This document shows, one piece after another, positions 1 through 10,749 of a DNA stretch of 64,000 bases (the stretch's first letter is position 1; each line of letters opens with the position of its first letter). The stretch spans positions 17,672,001 through 17,736,000 of the forward strand of contig CM052818.1 of the NCBI GenBank assembly GCA_028534125.1. The letters run 5' to 3'. Source of the DNA: Lama glama. Its lineage: Eukaryota. Position numbers and translations under genes: made by a program. The notes under the pieces were generated by a model. That model was not told the DNA's origin and ran no database searches. It saw only the letters and a program-made list of their open reading frames with translations.

Positions 1-3000
1 TAAATGCCTTGGCTTATTCATTGCCCATCATCAGTCCTCCTGAAGTTTTCCAGTGATCTGGGCTCACTGTACCTCTGAGCCTTGTATAAGGAATTGTCCA
101 CATTTGCTTAGTTTTACCTACAAATCAGTTCACTTTTGACCCTTCAAGGACTCACTGCTAATTTGTACCTATTCCATTCTTGCAGCGTTTAGATTCTCTT
201 TTCCATGTTTTTTAAGGATTTCACTACAACAAAGACAGTGTGAAAGTAAAGTTTAGTTCGTTTGTTTTTTAGCACTGCTGAGAAAAAACACACTGTAGAT
301 TTTTCAAATTATTTAAAATGTCTTGGTTTAGTTTATTAGGAAGCATAAAAGGAATGCCAAATACTGAAATCCATGAAATATAAGAATTGCTTTATAGCAT
401 TCTCTGATTAAATTCCTTTCCTCATATCGTTATGAATGCTCAAGAGATGACTGTATTTTCTTCATATAAAATTTTAACCAAGTTATATAGGAAGGCATTT
501 AGCCTTTTTAGCCCTTTATGCTATTCTCTACATTTAGATCAATATGAAATTCCTTGGAGATTTTTTTTTTCAGTGATCATCAAAAGAAACCATTAATGAC
601 AGTCCGTAAGTGAAATCACATTTATAATTCATGACAATATTTAAATTTCTCTAGGTTTTTATTGCACATGTGGGAGAGATGTCCCATGAGCACTTTAGTG
701 TATAAATACGCCTGATCTTGGCACAAAAGTTAAGAAAAATACCAATTAGCCTGCAGATTTGAAACATAAACAGAAGAAAAAAAAACTGTTAAATAATCAA
801 TTAGATATGGAAGCAACTGCCTATTCCAAACAGACCTGTAATAGTACCTGTGGTGGTTATTGCTTTCCTAATCAGGAAGAGAGAGATACAAATGTTACAT
901 CATTGCATTTGGGTTTTTGTTTTTGTTTTTGTTTTTTCTTGGTAAGCTACTTTTATGATATTTAGAATCTTTGTTTACATACAGGTGACAGATGTTTTTA
1001 GGCCTGCATGCGACATAAGCAACATTTTGGTTGGAGTTACCAAAAAGACAAGCATTTTCCTTGTGTTCACTGTATGGCTCTATGGCAACATTGAAGCATT
1101 TGAAGCTTTGCAATCTCATTTGAGTTTTAAAATCAATTGGTTTTTGTTGTCTTTGTCACACTACTTCTACAGTTGTTATAGCATATCCAAACTATTTGAG
1201 CAGATTAAAAATAAAATTTTTTGACAGGAGAGTCCGTTTACAGTAACAATTCCTAACAGGAAAAAGAATGTACACATATATATGCTCAGTATAGAAAATT
1301 TGAAGCCTGCATTCCGTTAAAACTTTCCAGTCTGACATTCAGGAGCCATGTGACGGATTTTCTCTCCATTCTCCCCATTCTTTTCTGACAGGCAAAGTGA
1401 GGTAATCATGAAAATGTGTTTAAAATGAACGCATTCCATCAGGTGGGGGAAATGATTTAGGTAACGTTTAAATAAAACACTTTTTCCAGCTCTTGAGATG
1501 CCCTGGTAAAAAGAATGTTCCACAAAGGGAGCAAGTGGAAAGTTGTCATTTAAGGAAAATCGGCAGCTGAGCTGACTGGCCGACTGGCAAAGATGACTGT
1601 CCTGAAAGAGGAAGTGCCACCTTTGGTTTGTCAGGGAGTGACAGTTCCTGCAGTGGGTTCTGTTCTTCTTGAGAGGAAATTAATTTCCTGTAATCAAGTG
1701 CTGTGGATTACAGCCTTTATCTTCTGTCTTGGCCACGGAAGCAACGCCAGGGCTCTTTATTCAGCAACATTACATGAGCTTTTGTAAAACAGGCAGGGAC
1801 AGATTCGTCCCAGAAAGGTCTCACCTGCAACATGTCATAGCTCCAGAACACAACATACTGCTGCTTTGAGACAAGAGCTGTTATTTTGTAAGCGACTGTA
1901 CTTGTAAAGCTTACTGGGAAGGAAAGGAAAGTGATGGCAAGAAACCCACGTTTAGGCAGAAGAAATCTTGGTGACGTTTGAAAATGGAGTTACAAAGCAA
2001 TATAGTGCTATGAGGTAGGTAAATGACTCCCAGTAACTAATAGGAGATTTTGTAGGAATATAAAAAATAATTACTAAATGATGTTTAATAATAATGAAAT
2101 AAACATACAATGTTAGTCTTTTTTGAACTGTTCAATTTGTGGTGTGTGTATATACACACACACCTTCCACATACACATATATGTGCACATATATGCAATT
2201 ACTTTGCAATCTCGAGACTCTTTAAATTCATCCTGCATAATTTACAAGGAATAGTGTTTTAAAAATTGTAACAGTTTTAATCCCCTGCATCTGAAAAGGA
2301 ATGTTTTTTTTGTAAGACAGTGGAGAGGATGGGGATTCAGAGAAAGAAAGAAAATGCAATCCTAAGAGAAAAATGATCTGGGGTCAGGGATGGGATAGAA
2401 TCTCATTTCTCTACTGTTCCTTTTCTTTTAAATTCCTTCAAATAATAATAACAATAAGTTTATTATGTAGAGGAAAGAGCCACTCCCCCTTTCCTCTTAC
2501 CTACAAACTAAATCCCAGGAATTTTCTCTCCATCATTGGTCAGTTTCAGTGCCTGATTAGACCGTGGACAAAATGTTAATGCACCTTGCGAGCCATTTCA
2601 TGTATCCAAGGATGAACTTTATACTTTGGAAAGATTGAATGAGTTTTTTGTCAGTTGGATAAAAGTGGGACAGCCAGTCCTTTATTTATGATCGTCTATT
2701 AGGTACTGAATTTTGACTCAAAATTTAAAATAAAAGTATTTTCTTACTTAAAATTAGCTTTGGTGATCACTCAGCCACTGCCACTGAATGGAAAACATAC
2801 ATACATACTTAAACAAATAAACCTCCAACAGAAAAGGAAATTAGTTTTGTTTTAGTGTGTAAAAGTGTGACTAAAATAGCACTTTTTAAAGCAGGCAATT
2901 AGACTATTCAAAATGCCTGGATTAGCTTATTGTTCAATACTGTATTCACTGCAGTGGGAGGTGCCATGATTTCTAAAGTAATTCTAAATTTAGCTATCCT

Positions 3001-3412
3001 GATTCAGGCTAGAGTTAGCCCTCAGGGTTCTGTATCAACATCAATTTGATTCTAAAAATGATACTCTCGAATATTTAGGGTGGGGTCATTACGATGTTAA
3101 GATTTTATTTTCCACGTTGGGTTTAGTGTTTTTCATCAACCCATCAACATGACCCTTCAGAGCTACATGGAGCATATTTGAAGCTGCACTTCCAAGACCC
3201 TATTAACAAAATTGATCTGTGGAAAAGAAAAGATGGCAACAGACCTCTCCCCAAGTGCCTTGATTCATAGTCCCCAGTTTTTAGTGACTATGAGGCGCAG
3301 AAATTGCTACCTTTAGCATCAGTATCCTTTTCCTAAAGCAGTAGGTGCTAGTCCATTAGGCATGGAAATAGACAGTAAATGTTACGGTAGCCCTCTGGCA
3401 TTCAGGAAACTC

Positions 3413-3452
3413 GGTAATCACTTGATGTTTTTTCTCACCCTCTTTCTTATAG
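3413..3452 (+). promoter_or_regulatory. NRXN1: 3' splice site of the last NRXN1 intron (putative branch point, polypyrimidine tract, AG)
   Basis: ggtaatcac (branch-point-like), then gttttttctcaccctctttcttatAG directly before the recognisable neurexin sequence. Confidence 0.9.
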
Positions 3453-3760
3453 CCAACCCGACCCGGGCAGGTGGGAGAGAGCCCTACCCAGGCTCAGCGG
3501 AAGTGATTCGAGAGTCAAGCAGCACCACAGGCATGGTTGTGGGGATCGTAGCCGCAGCCGCCCTGTGCATCCTCATCCTCCTCTACGCCATGTACAAGTA
3601 CAGAAACCGGGATGAAGGCTCCTACCACGTGGATGAGAGTCGAAACTACATCAGTAACTCAGCACAGTCCAATGGGGCTGTTGTAAAGGAGAAACAACCC
3701 AGCAGTGCGAAAAGCGCCAACAAAAATAAGAAAAACAAGGATAAAGAGTATTACGTCTGA
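3453..3760 (+). CDS. NRXN1: Neurexin-1 terminal coding exon (partial CDS, phase-1 start): juxtamembrane stalk, transmembrane helix, cytoplasmic tail with PDZ-binding motif
   Basis: Translation (A)[101 protein letters not shown] is the neurexin-1 C-terminus. It is preceded by a polypyrimidine tract and AG at 3451-3452; TGA is at 3758-3760. Confidence 0.97.
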
Positions 3761-6700
3761 TCCCAAGATCTTAAAAGGACCCTTGTATAGAAATAGTCTT
3801 CATTTTATCTGAGACATACTATAAACTTATTTACTTTCCTTTTTATGAAGCACATACAAAAGAAGACAGGGAATGCAATCAGGAAGGAAAGACTGTTTTT
3901 ACAAAATAAAAACAAGTATCTCATGCTCTTGTTTCTCCAAAAAAGAAAAAACAAAAACAAAAACAAAACAGGGGCCAATAAATTCCCTAACATCCACAGT
4001 GTTTTCATTTACTCTGCCTGTCTTTATGTTGCTGGAACATTTCTAAAAGACAGTGATGACCGCACGCATTCATAAAGCAAAGGAGTATTACAACATCAAG
4101 GCACAACACAAAAACAACACAAAACACAACACACAAAAAAGAAGCTACCTATGATCCTGGATTTAGCCAAAGTGCTAGCGCTTTCCTGAGAAGTCAGTTA
4201 GTCTGATTGCCAGAGAAGACTGTGTCCCTTTTGAGTGACTCAATTTGCAAACCTTTTAAGAGTTTGCCGCCTGGCACAACTGGAAGAGTGGCTGGAACTT
4301 GCATTCGAAACAAAGTGCTGGCTTTTTTGAAGACTTGTGTAGGAACACATTCAAAAAGCCCCTTTCTGGTTGTGAGGGAAAAAAAAAGTATGGAGGCCTT
4401 ATTTTCAACCATGTGAAATATAAGGCACATTTTCACACTACAATTTCAAAACAAAAACAAAAACCAAGAGGGCATAGATGCAATCATTGGGAAATTTTCA
4501 TGCACGCTTAATATGTTATTACATATGTTTATATAAAATCCATCTCTGTGTGCTTTCTGGACTGTGATAAGTGACGTTTTATAGCCTGTTGTATAGAAAA
4601 TGCAAAATATATCTGCTCTTCGGCCATTTTTGGTAAATTCAATGTTATAAGTGTTGCTAAGTATAGGGAGTTTTATGACATCAGAGCAACAATTATTTCA
4701 GGGTTTTTTTGCCACCATTATAAATTGCCAAAATTACTTTTTTTTTTAAATTACAATGTAGTGTTTATTCTAAGAAAGATATGTATGAATGTATATAAAA
4801 GGACTCAGCTACTTTTTTTTCTTACATGTATAGCCTTCATTCTGTTGCAATTAAGTTTTAGTATTTGTATGAAAGGTGTGAATTAGAAGGTAAAATATAT
4901 ACATATGTATCTGATAATCTTCTTTTCTCCCCAGTATACTCACATTTCCCAGGTACATTCGCCATTCATAAATACACACACACACACACACACAGATCCA
5001 GAGGAATCCGTCAAATGTGATGGAAGACCCAAACGTACATATAATAACAAATATTTACTGACAAATTGAAAAGCAGGAAGGACGATAGTTGTGCCAAGGT
5101 ATTGATGACAAATGGGGTGATTTGCTTCTTTGAGAACATGCTCCCAGGAAACCCGGAGAAAATTTTAGTCCCTAATGAAATGGAACCTTTTCTCATCAAG
5201 TAGAATATCACTGGTATATCGCTGCATGAGTATGAACCAGTAAGTGGGCAGGTTTATGGAAGCAAAATCAGTTGATCTACACCTTAACCCTGGCTGCTGC
5301 AGTTGAAAACTTTGTTTCCAATAAAATGATATAAATATAGATATATATACATATTCTCTGAACCTGATGTGCATGACAAACATTTTTGGAAAGTAAACAC
5401 TTTCTCAACTAAGAAAGTATTTTCAGTAATTTTTGATTCTGTATTACCATCCATTTAAGAAAATCATTATCTGCTGATTATCGACTATAATTTAACTTTT
5501 CAGTTTTACATCTGTATCATTAAATATAGTTTTAGTTTAACACACATTAAGTCGTAGAAACGTATGGATTATACACTTGTTTTGCATATGATTTCAATGA
5601 TGTTCATAGCAATAAATTATTAGTATGAGAAGGCAATGCAAAGGAAATGCAATATTAGATTGGAAGGTGGTGCCTCAGTCAAAATTGATCATGTTACTTT
5701 AACATCTCCTAAAACAATGATAGAAATTTCATAGAAGACTTTTACAATTAGCTTTAATCAGAAAAGGCAAAAAAATGCAGAACATCTTTTGTGACACTTT
5801 AGTTGATGAAAATATGCCAAGAAGTGGCCTGGATTTCAGACATACAGCACCTTAGATATTTGTATAATTCATAGCAAATCACCACTATCTATGATTGCCA
5901 AGTAATTGCTATATATGAAAAGTCTTAAAGGCTTCTCATGACCCAGAAAGTAGAGGTATAAAACTGAAATTTAATATCCACTACTTATGTTTAAAATTTT
6001 CTTCTTTTTTAATTTCCCAGGTTAAAGAATTCATAAGTCTTTTTTGTTGCTGTTTTCCTCTCATCCAGTCTTACTCAGGGAAAGCCAGTGAAATAAGAAG
6101 GTAAATATAAAACCACTCGTTTACATCTTGAGGTTTTGGAAAGAAAAAAAAAGCGTTGCTTTTCCACTTGATCTACTGAACTTGAACGAGTTTCCATCTG
6201 AAAAGATTCTAAATTGTGACAGAAAATAAGTTAAATAATGGTATTTTTAAGGAGTATATCATCGAAGCATGTTGTTTGCAATTGATTTCAGTGTTTCTTT
6301 CCAGCATAAATTTTAAAATTTCATGCAATGATATAGTCTAATATTGACAGTAAATATATTTCTAAGGTTATTGGCCTATACAAAATTGAGCAACTTTGTT
6401 TTCTTTTTTTCTTCTTCTTTCTTTCTTTTTGAATGGAAAAAGAAAAGAGAGGAACATGAGCTAGAGAGAGAAAAGACATGAATAAAATCCCAAGTATCTC
6501 ATACCAAATGTATCAGGGTTCCATGCACAGTTGGCAGTTAACAGAGGATTTCACACTACCTGGCATAAATTCGACATCTCTAGACTGTAACTTTTCTGAT
6601 TGAGTATGCTTCTTTTTTAATCCATGTAATGTGTTGCCTTTAAAAAAAAATACTACAATAATGTGTGAGGTGGTCAGTCCCTAAGACATCCAAAAAAGGC

Positions 6701-6847
6701 CACAAACCCTACCCTTCTAGTGCTTTGTGTGATTGGGTATCTAAGGGTTTTGTTTTGTTTTTCTGTTGCAAGGCCAACTTATCCATTATTGGAAATGCTA
6801 AGCAAGTGGAATTTACTGTTTTGTTAATAAAATATTTCTTAATACAA
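3761..6847 (+). other. NRXN1: NRXN1 3'UTR (long isoform)
   Basis: AU-rich stretch after the stop codon with no recognisable transposon, ending at AATAAA (6826-6831) followed by a CA and a GT/T-rich element. The end point is inferred. Confidence 0.75.
4975..4994. repeat. (CA)n microsatellite in the 3'UTR
   Basis: Direct run of ca dinucleotides. Confidence 0.9.
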
Positions 6848-6870
6848 CTGTGGATTTATTTATTTTAAAC
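6826..6870 (+). terminator. NRXN1: Distal polyadenylation signal of NRXN1
   Basis: AATAAA at 6826-6831, CA at 6845-6846 and downstream tgtggatttatttatttt (GU/U-rich). Interspersed repeats begin shortly after. Confidence 0.7.
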
Positions 6871-7169
6871 AAGTATATGCGTCACCATTTGGGGACAGAG
6901 TGGCACCAGGCGGAATACTGCATTTGGAAGGAAAACCCGCCCTTGGATAAGTAGAAGAGGAATACCACTCCATGTTCTCTGGGTTTGAATATTCATTAAG
7001 CACCTCTACACTCATACACTTAAAGATACAAGCCACTAAATGTACCTTTGTTTACTTCTGTTTGTCTCACGACACATGAAACCACACTCGTAGAACTAGC
7101 TGAAAACAACATGGGGATGCTGACTTTATAAGTACGGTTTTCTCTATAAAAAGCAAATGTAATTCAGGT

Positions 7170-7330
7170 TAGGTAAGTCTGTGATTAAATTCCAACACTA
7201 TGCCTTGATAGGTACAAGTCACCTAATTTCTCTGACTCACTCTTTTTTTCTCTTTGATAAATTAGGGGTAATAATACTAACCTCGTAGGGCAGTAATAGG
7301 AAGAATCAATGTGCCTAGCACAACTAAGTG
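7170..7330 (+). mobile_element. MIR SINE relic
   Basis: caagtcacctaatttctctg ... ggggtaataatactaacctcgtaggg ... gtgcctagcaca resembles the MIR core. Confidence 0.6.
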
Positions 7331-7718
7331 CAAAGAAAAGGTGGCTACTTGTCTGCTTTTATTTTTCATAATAATAATAAACTCAAGAAAACATGTCAAA
7401 AATGTTTGCTCAGGTTGTGCTATTTGAAAAATAAAAATACGAGGAAAAAAAGCGTGTAAATAAATATACTTGTTCATTTCCCATAATACTATTTTTGTTT
7501 GTCACAAAAGCAAAGTGCCTTTTTGGAAATCAGATGACCCACGACTTACTTTCAGTCCCACAGTTGGAAACTGTTTCAAAGCTCTGGCTTTTGAAAACAG
7601 TATTCTGATAGAAAAGCATGGGTTTTGGGCTTTTTCTCTGCTTCTACAGTAAAAGGTTTGAACATGAATGCTTATCTGTTTTGTACCTATATTGCTCTAG
7701 ACACGTTATTTCTTTCTT

Positions 7719-8637
7719 TTTCCTTCCTTTCATTCTTTCTTTCCTTTTTTCCTGCAAAAAGCTTTATTGTTTTCATTTGGTCCAAGGCTTGGGAGACGGC
7801 TCCAAGGTGGTTAAAAAGCTGCCTAATGGCCGCAGAGGGAGGCACCAGGCAGAAGCCCTGACACCAGAGGGGCTCCTCGGAGGCCACTGGGTTCCAGAGG
7901 CTCCTAGTCATGCTGGAGGGGGAGCCTTTCCTAGAGATACTGGCCCAGCCCAGCCCGGCCTGCGCAGCTTAGTCAGGTGAGCGCCCATCTTCCTGACGAG
8001 TTTCAACCTGCTCACCCAGGAAGTGGTTCTCCCGGAAGTCAGGGAGGTGGGCGGTCGCAGGCGGAGCCTGAGGGCCTGGTTCAGGTTCCTCTCCGGGAGC
8101 ACGGCTCCTCTCCCACTCCCGGCGGCTTCTGGTTCAGTTTCCTTTCCAGGAGCACGGTTTCTCTCCCACTCGGGGTGGCTTCTGCGCTTTTTGGAAGAGG
8201 GCGCGGCCGCCATGCTGGTTTTGCATTTTCAAGAAACGCTGGGCGCCCTCTCGCTTCTACTCAGGCAATTCCAGGAAAAAGTGACCCGCGCCCTGCAGAG
8301 CCACATTGTCCTTGTGGAAATAGGAGCCCAGAGAGAGGTAAGTGTAAGAGGCCCGCAGGTGCATGTTGACCAGGTGGTTGACGGCGGCCTCCACCTCGGT
8401 GGAATAATTCTGAGGAATCTGGGAGTTTGTGGTTGATCAGTAATAACCAACTAAAGCGCAGAGAATGGTGTTGGCTGGTCCCAGAGGCTGGGGATAGCTG
8501 AGTGGTTGTGAAGGTTGTGACTAGAAAAAAGGTTAGAGGGTTGTTGGAGTCTGGAGGAAGGGGTGTCCCTGAGTCTGTTTCTGCCAAACACTGCTGGAGC
8601 AAGAGACAGATCTACGGACACCTCACCAGCCCACTGC
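7719..8637 (-). pseudogene. FTL: Processed ferritin light chain pseudogene (full-length retrocopy)
   Basis: Minus strand reads (T)[78 protein letters not shown]...QHD*. It is intronless, with ATG replaced by ACA (8430-8428), a premature TAG (8259-8257), frameshifts and the native stop at 7906-7904. AATAAA lies on the minus strand at 7768-7763, a decayed poly(A) at ~7719-7750, and 17-bp TSDs at 7702-7718 / 8638-8654 (2 mismatches). Confidence 0.95.
8574..8609 (-). promoter_or_regulatory. Degenerate iron-responsive element (IRE) in the FTL pseudogene 5'UTR
   Basis: Minus strand TCTCTTG-C-TCCAG-CAGTGT-TTGGC: the CAGUGN loop (8593-8588) and bulged C are retained; the upper stem has one G-U pair and one mismatch. 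Confidence 0.8.
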
Positions 8638-8999
8638 CATGTTCTTTCTTTCTTAGTATTAACTTATGACTTTTAAATCTAACAGGGAAACAATCCACAT
8701 CTTAATGGCTAAATTAAATTCTATATAACTTAGCTCACCTTAAACTTGTATGACATTTCAAAGATGATAACTATAAAAAATTTATTATTAATAAATAGAC
8801 CAAGGATTCTTGGACTGGGACATAAATCCCCAGAGCCCGAAGATTAGGCATCAGGACTTACAATATTTATAAAATTTGGCAGATTTATGTAGACAGATAT
8901 TTTCCTGTGATATTTCAGACATTTACTGTTTAGAGCAATGTGCTTTTACAGTTAAATAAAATAACTAAATAATTACCTATCACACGTACAGAATTTAGA

Positions 9000-9170
9000 G
9001 AAAATTGTTTGGGACCTGAATCCTAGGTTTGAGAATTAGAAGCTCTGAGACTTGGGGCAATTATTTAATCATGCTAAATTTATCTGGCTATGAAATTGAG
9101 AGAATGAGACAACTTATAAGATTGTGAGAATTAAAAAACATCATGCACTTTAAATGCTTTGTACAGAGTT
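9000..9170 (+). mobile_element. MIR SINE relic
   Basis: gacctgaatcctagg ... gagacttggggcaattatttaatc ... ataagattgtgagaattaaa. Confidence 0.6.
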
Positions 9171-9299
9171 CTATATTTTACTGAAAGATAAAAATTTGAG
9201 TTACTTCTTTATCAGGGTAACATGAAAATGTGCTAGGCAGCTACTTAGAGTGTAGAATTATCATACAATTGAATGTTTAAAATTAAGAATACTTTAAAA

Positions 9300-10060
9300 G
9301 TTCCAGTTAATAGTTCTCCTAATGTAGAGGACACCTTTCCAATGTCCCAGGTAACACATTGTCCAGCTATGGCTAAAGGAGTGGTCACTTCTTTGCAAGG
9401 CAGTCTGTTATACTGAAGGACAGCTGTGTATCCTTATTTCCATATTCCTATAGCTTCCACTCATTGGCTCCAATTCTCTTTGTACAAAACAGAATGAACC
9501 CCATCTTCCATCTGACAACCTTTTTTCCAGTATTGTCACCCTGCTTCCAAGCTTGCCTAAGTTTTCTCTTCTCTGATCTTAACCTGGTTATTACTCAAAT
9601 TACATGGATGCTTAAGTTCTCATAATCTTACCGCCCTTCTCTTGAACCTCTGTTCTTCTAAAAATGTGATGCAGAAATGTACATACTGTTTGAAAGACCA
9701 AATTACAATGGGTTTGTTGCCTTCCTTGATTTGAACTTTATTCTCTAAAATAATAACACTTAGGGTTTCTTTTTTTTAAAGCTTATAATAGTTATTTCAA
9801 TTATAATGAATATGCGATCTACTAAAATCATCAAATTTTTCCAAGACAAGTTTCCTTTAACTTGTACTTACAAAATTGATTATTTGATTAAATGCAGGAC
9901 TTTATCCATGAGTAATTCATTGTATTGAATTATATTGATTGTATTCAATTCAGTTGTATTGAATACTAGCCAACTGAAATAAATTTTTATCTTGCATCTC
10001 ACACACGATGTCCTCTGACACAAAATCATTGGCAAATTTTATACACATTTAGTGAAAATA
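9300..10060 (-). mobile_element. L3/CR1 LINE relic
   Basis: Motifs such as gcaaggcagtctgtt...ggacagct, atagcttccactcattggc and aatgcaggacttta resemble antisense L3 fragments; highly decayed. Confidence 0.5.
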
Positions 10061-10106
10061 TGTTCACTAGGAAAGACGTTAGGCATGCCTCAAGAGACCT
10101 CCCTCT

Positions 10107-10489
10107 GTGGTTTTTTTTTTTTTTTTATTGAACTATAGTCAGTTTACAATGTTGTGTCAGTTTCTGGTGTACAGCATAATGTCTCAGTCATACAGATACA
10201 TAGATGTATTTGTTTTCATATTCTTTTTCATTACAAGTTACTACAGAATATTGAATATAATTCCCTGTGCTATACAGTAGAAACGTTGTTTATCTATTTT
10301 ATATTTAGTCGTTAGTATCTTCAAATCTTGAACTCCCAATTTATTCCTTCCCACCCCTTGTCCCCCTGGTAACCGTAAGTTTGTTTTCTATGTCCATGAG
10401 TCTGTTTCTGTTTTGTAAATAAGTTCATTTGTGTCTTTTTAAAAATTAATTTATCTAAGTATAGTAAGTTTACAATGCTGTGTCAATTT
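10107..10489 (-). mobile_element. 5'-truncated young L1 3' end (composite of two 3' termini) with TSD
   Basis: Poly(T), then attgaactatagtcagtttacaatgttgtgtcag...ttcccaccccttgtccccctggtaacc; a second 3' terminus at ~10436-10489; TSD aagagacctccctct (10092-10106) / aagagaactccctct (10490-10504). Confidence 0.88.
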
Positions 10490-10509
10490 AAGAGAACTCC
10501 CTCTAAACA

Positions 10510-10749
10510 ATACTTCTTAACTGGGTGGGTAGGGCAGGGGTGGGGAAGGGGAGGTGTGCTCTGCAGGGAGCATTTAGAAATATCTGGACACAATTTGAGT
10601 TGACGTGACTGGGATGAGAAAGGCTACATGCATCTATAGGGTGAAGAACAGGATCCTACCAAATAACTTACAATGGACAGTAAAGCCTCCCCCAGATAAA
10701 CAAATATCCTGTCCAAAATGTTAATATCACTAAAGTTGAAAGGCATACT
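10510..10749. mobile_element. MER20-like hAT DNA transposon relic
   Basis: gagcatttagaaatatctggacacaattt ... tatcctgtccaaaatgttaatatcactaaagttgaaa matches the recalled MER20 pattern. Confidence 0.65.

Noticed and set aside
2141..2195. Perfect 20-bp palindrome catatatgtgcacatatatg (2176-2195) and adjacent TG/CA inverted repeat
   Set aside because: An expected by-product of alternating purine-pyrimidine microsatellite sequence.
3389..3405. Alternative upstream AG acceptors (3389-3390, 3404-3405) for the last NRXN1 exon
   Set aside because: They would add 62 or 47 nt (frameshifting) and lack a strong polypyrimidine tract.
7618..8602. Cluster of overlapping 70-137 aa ORFs on both strands
   Set aside because: These are off-frame or antisense readings of the GC-rich FTL pseudogene; the true FTL frame lacks ATG and has a premature stop.
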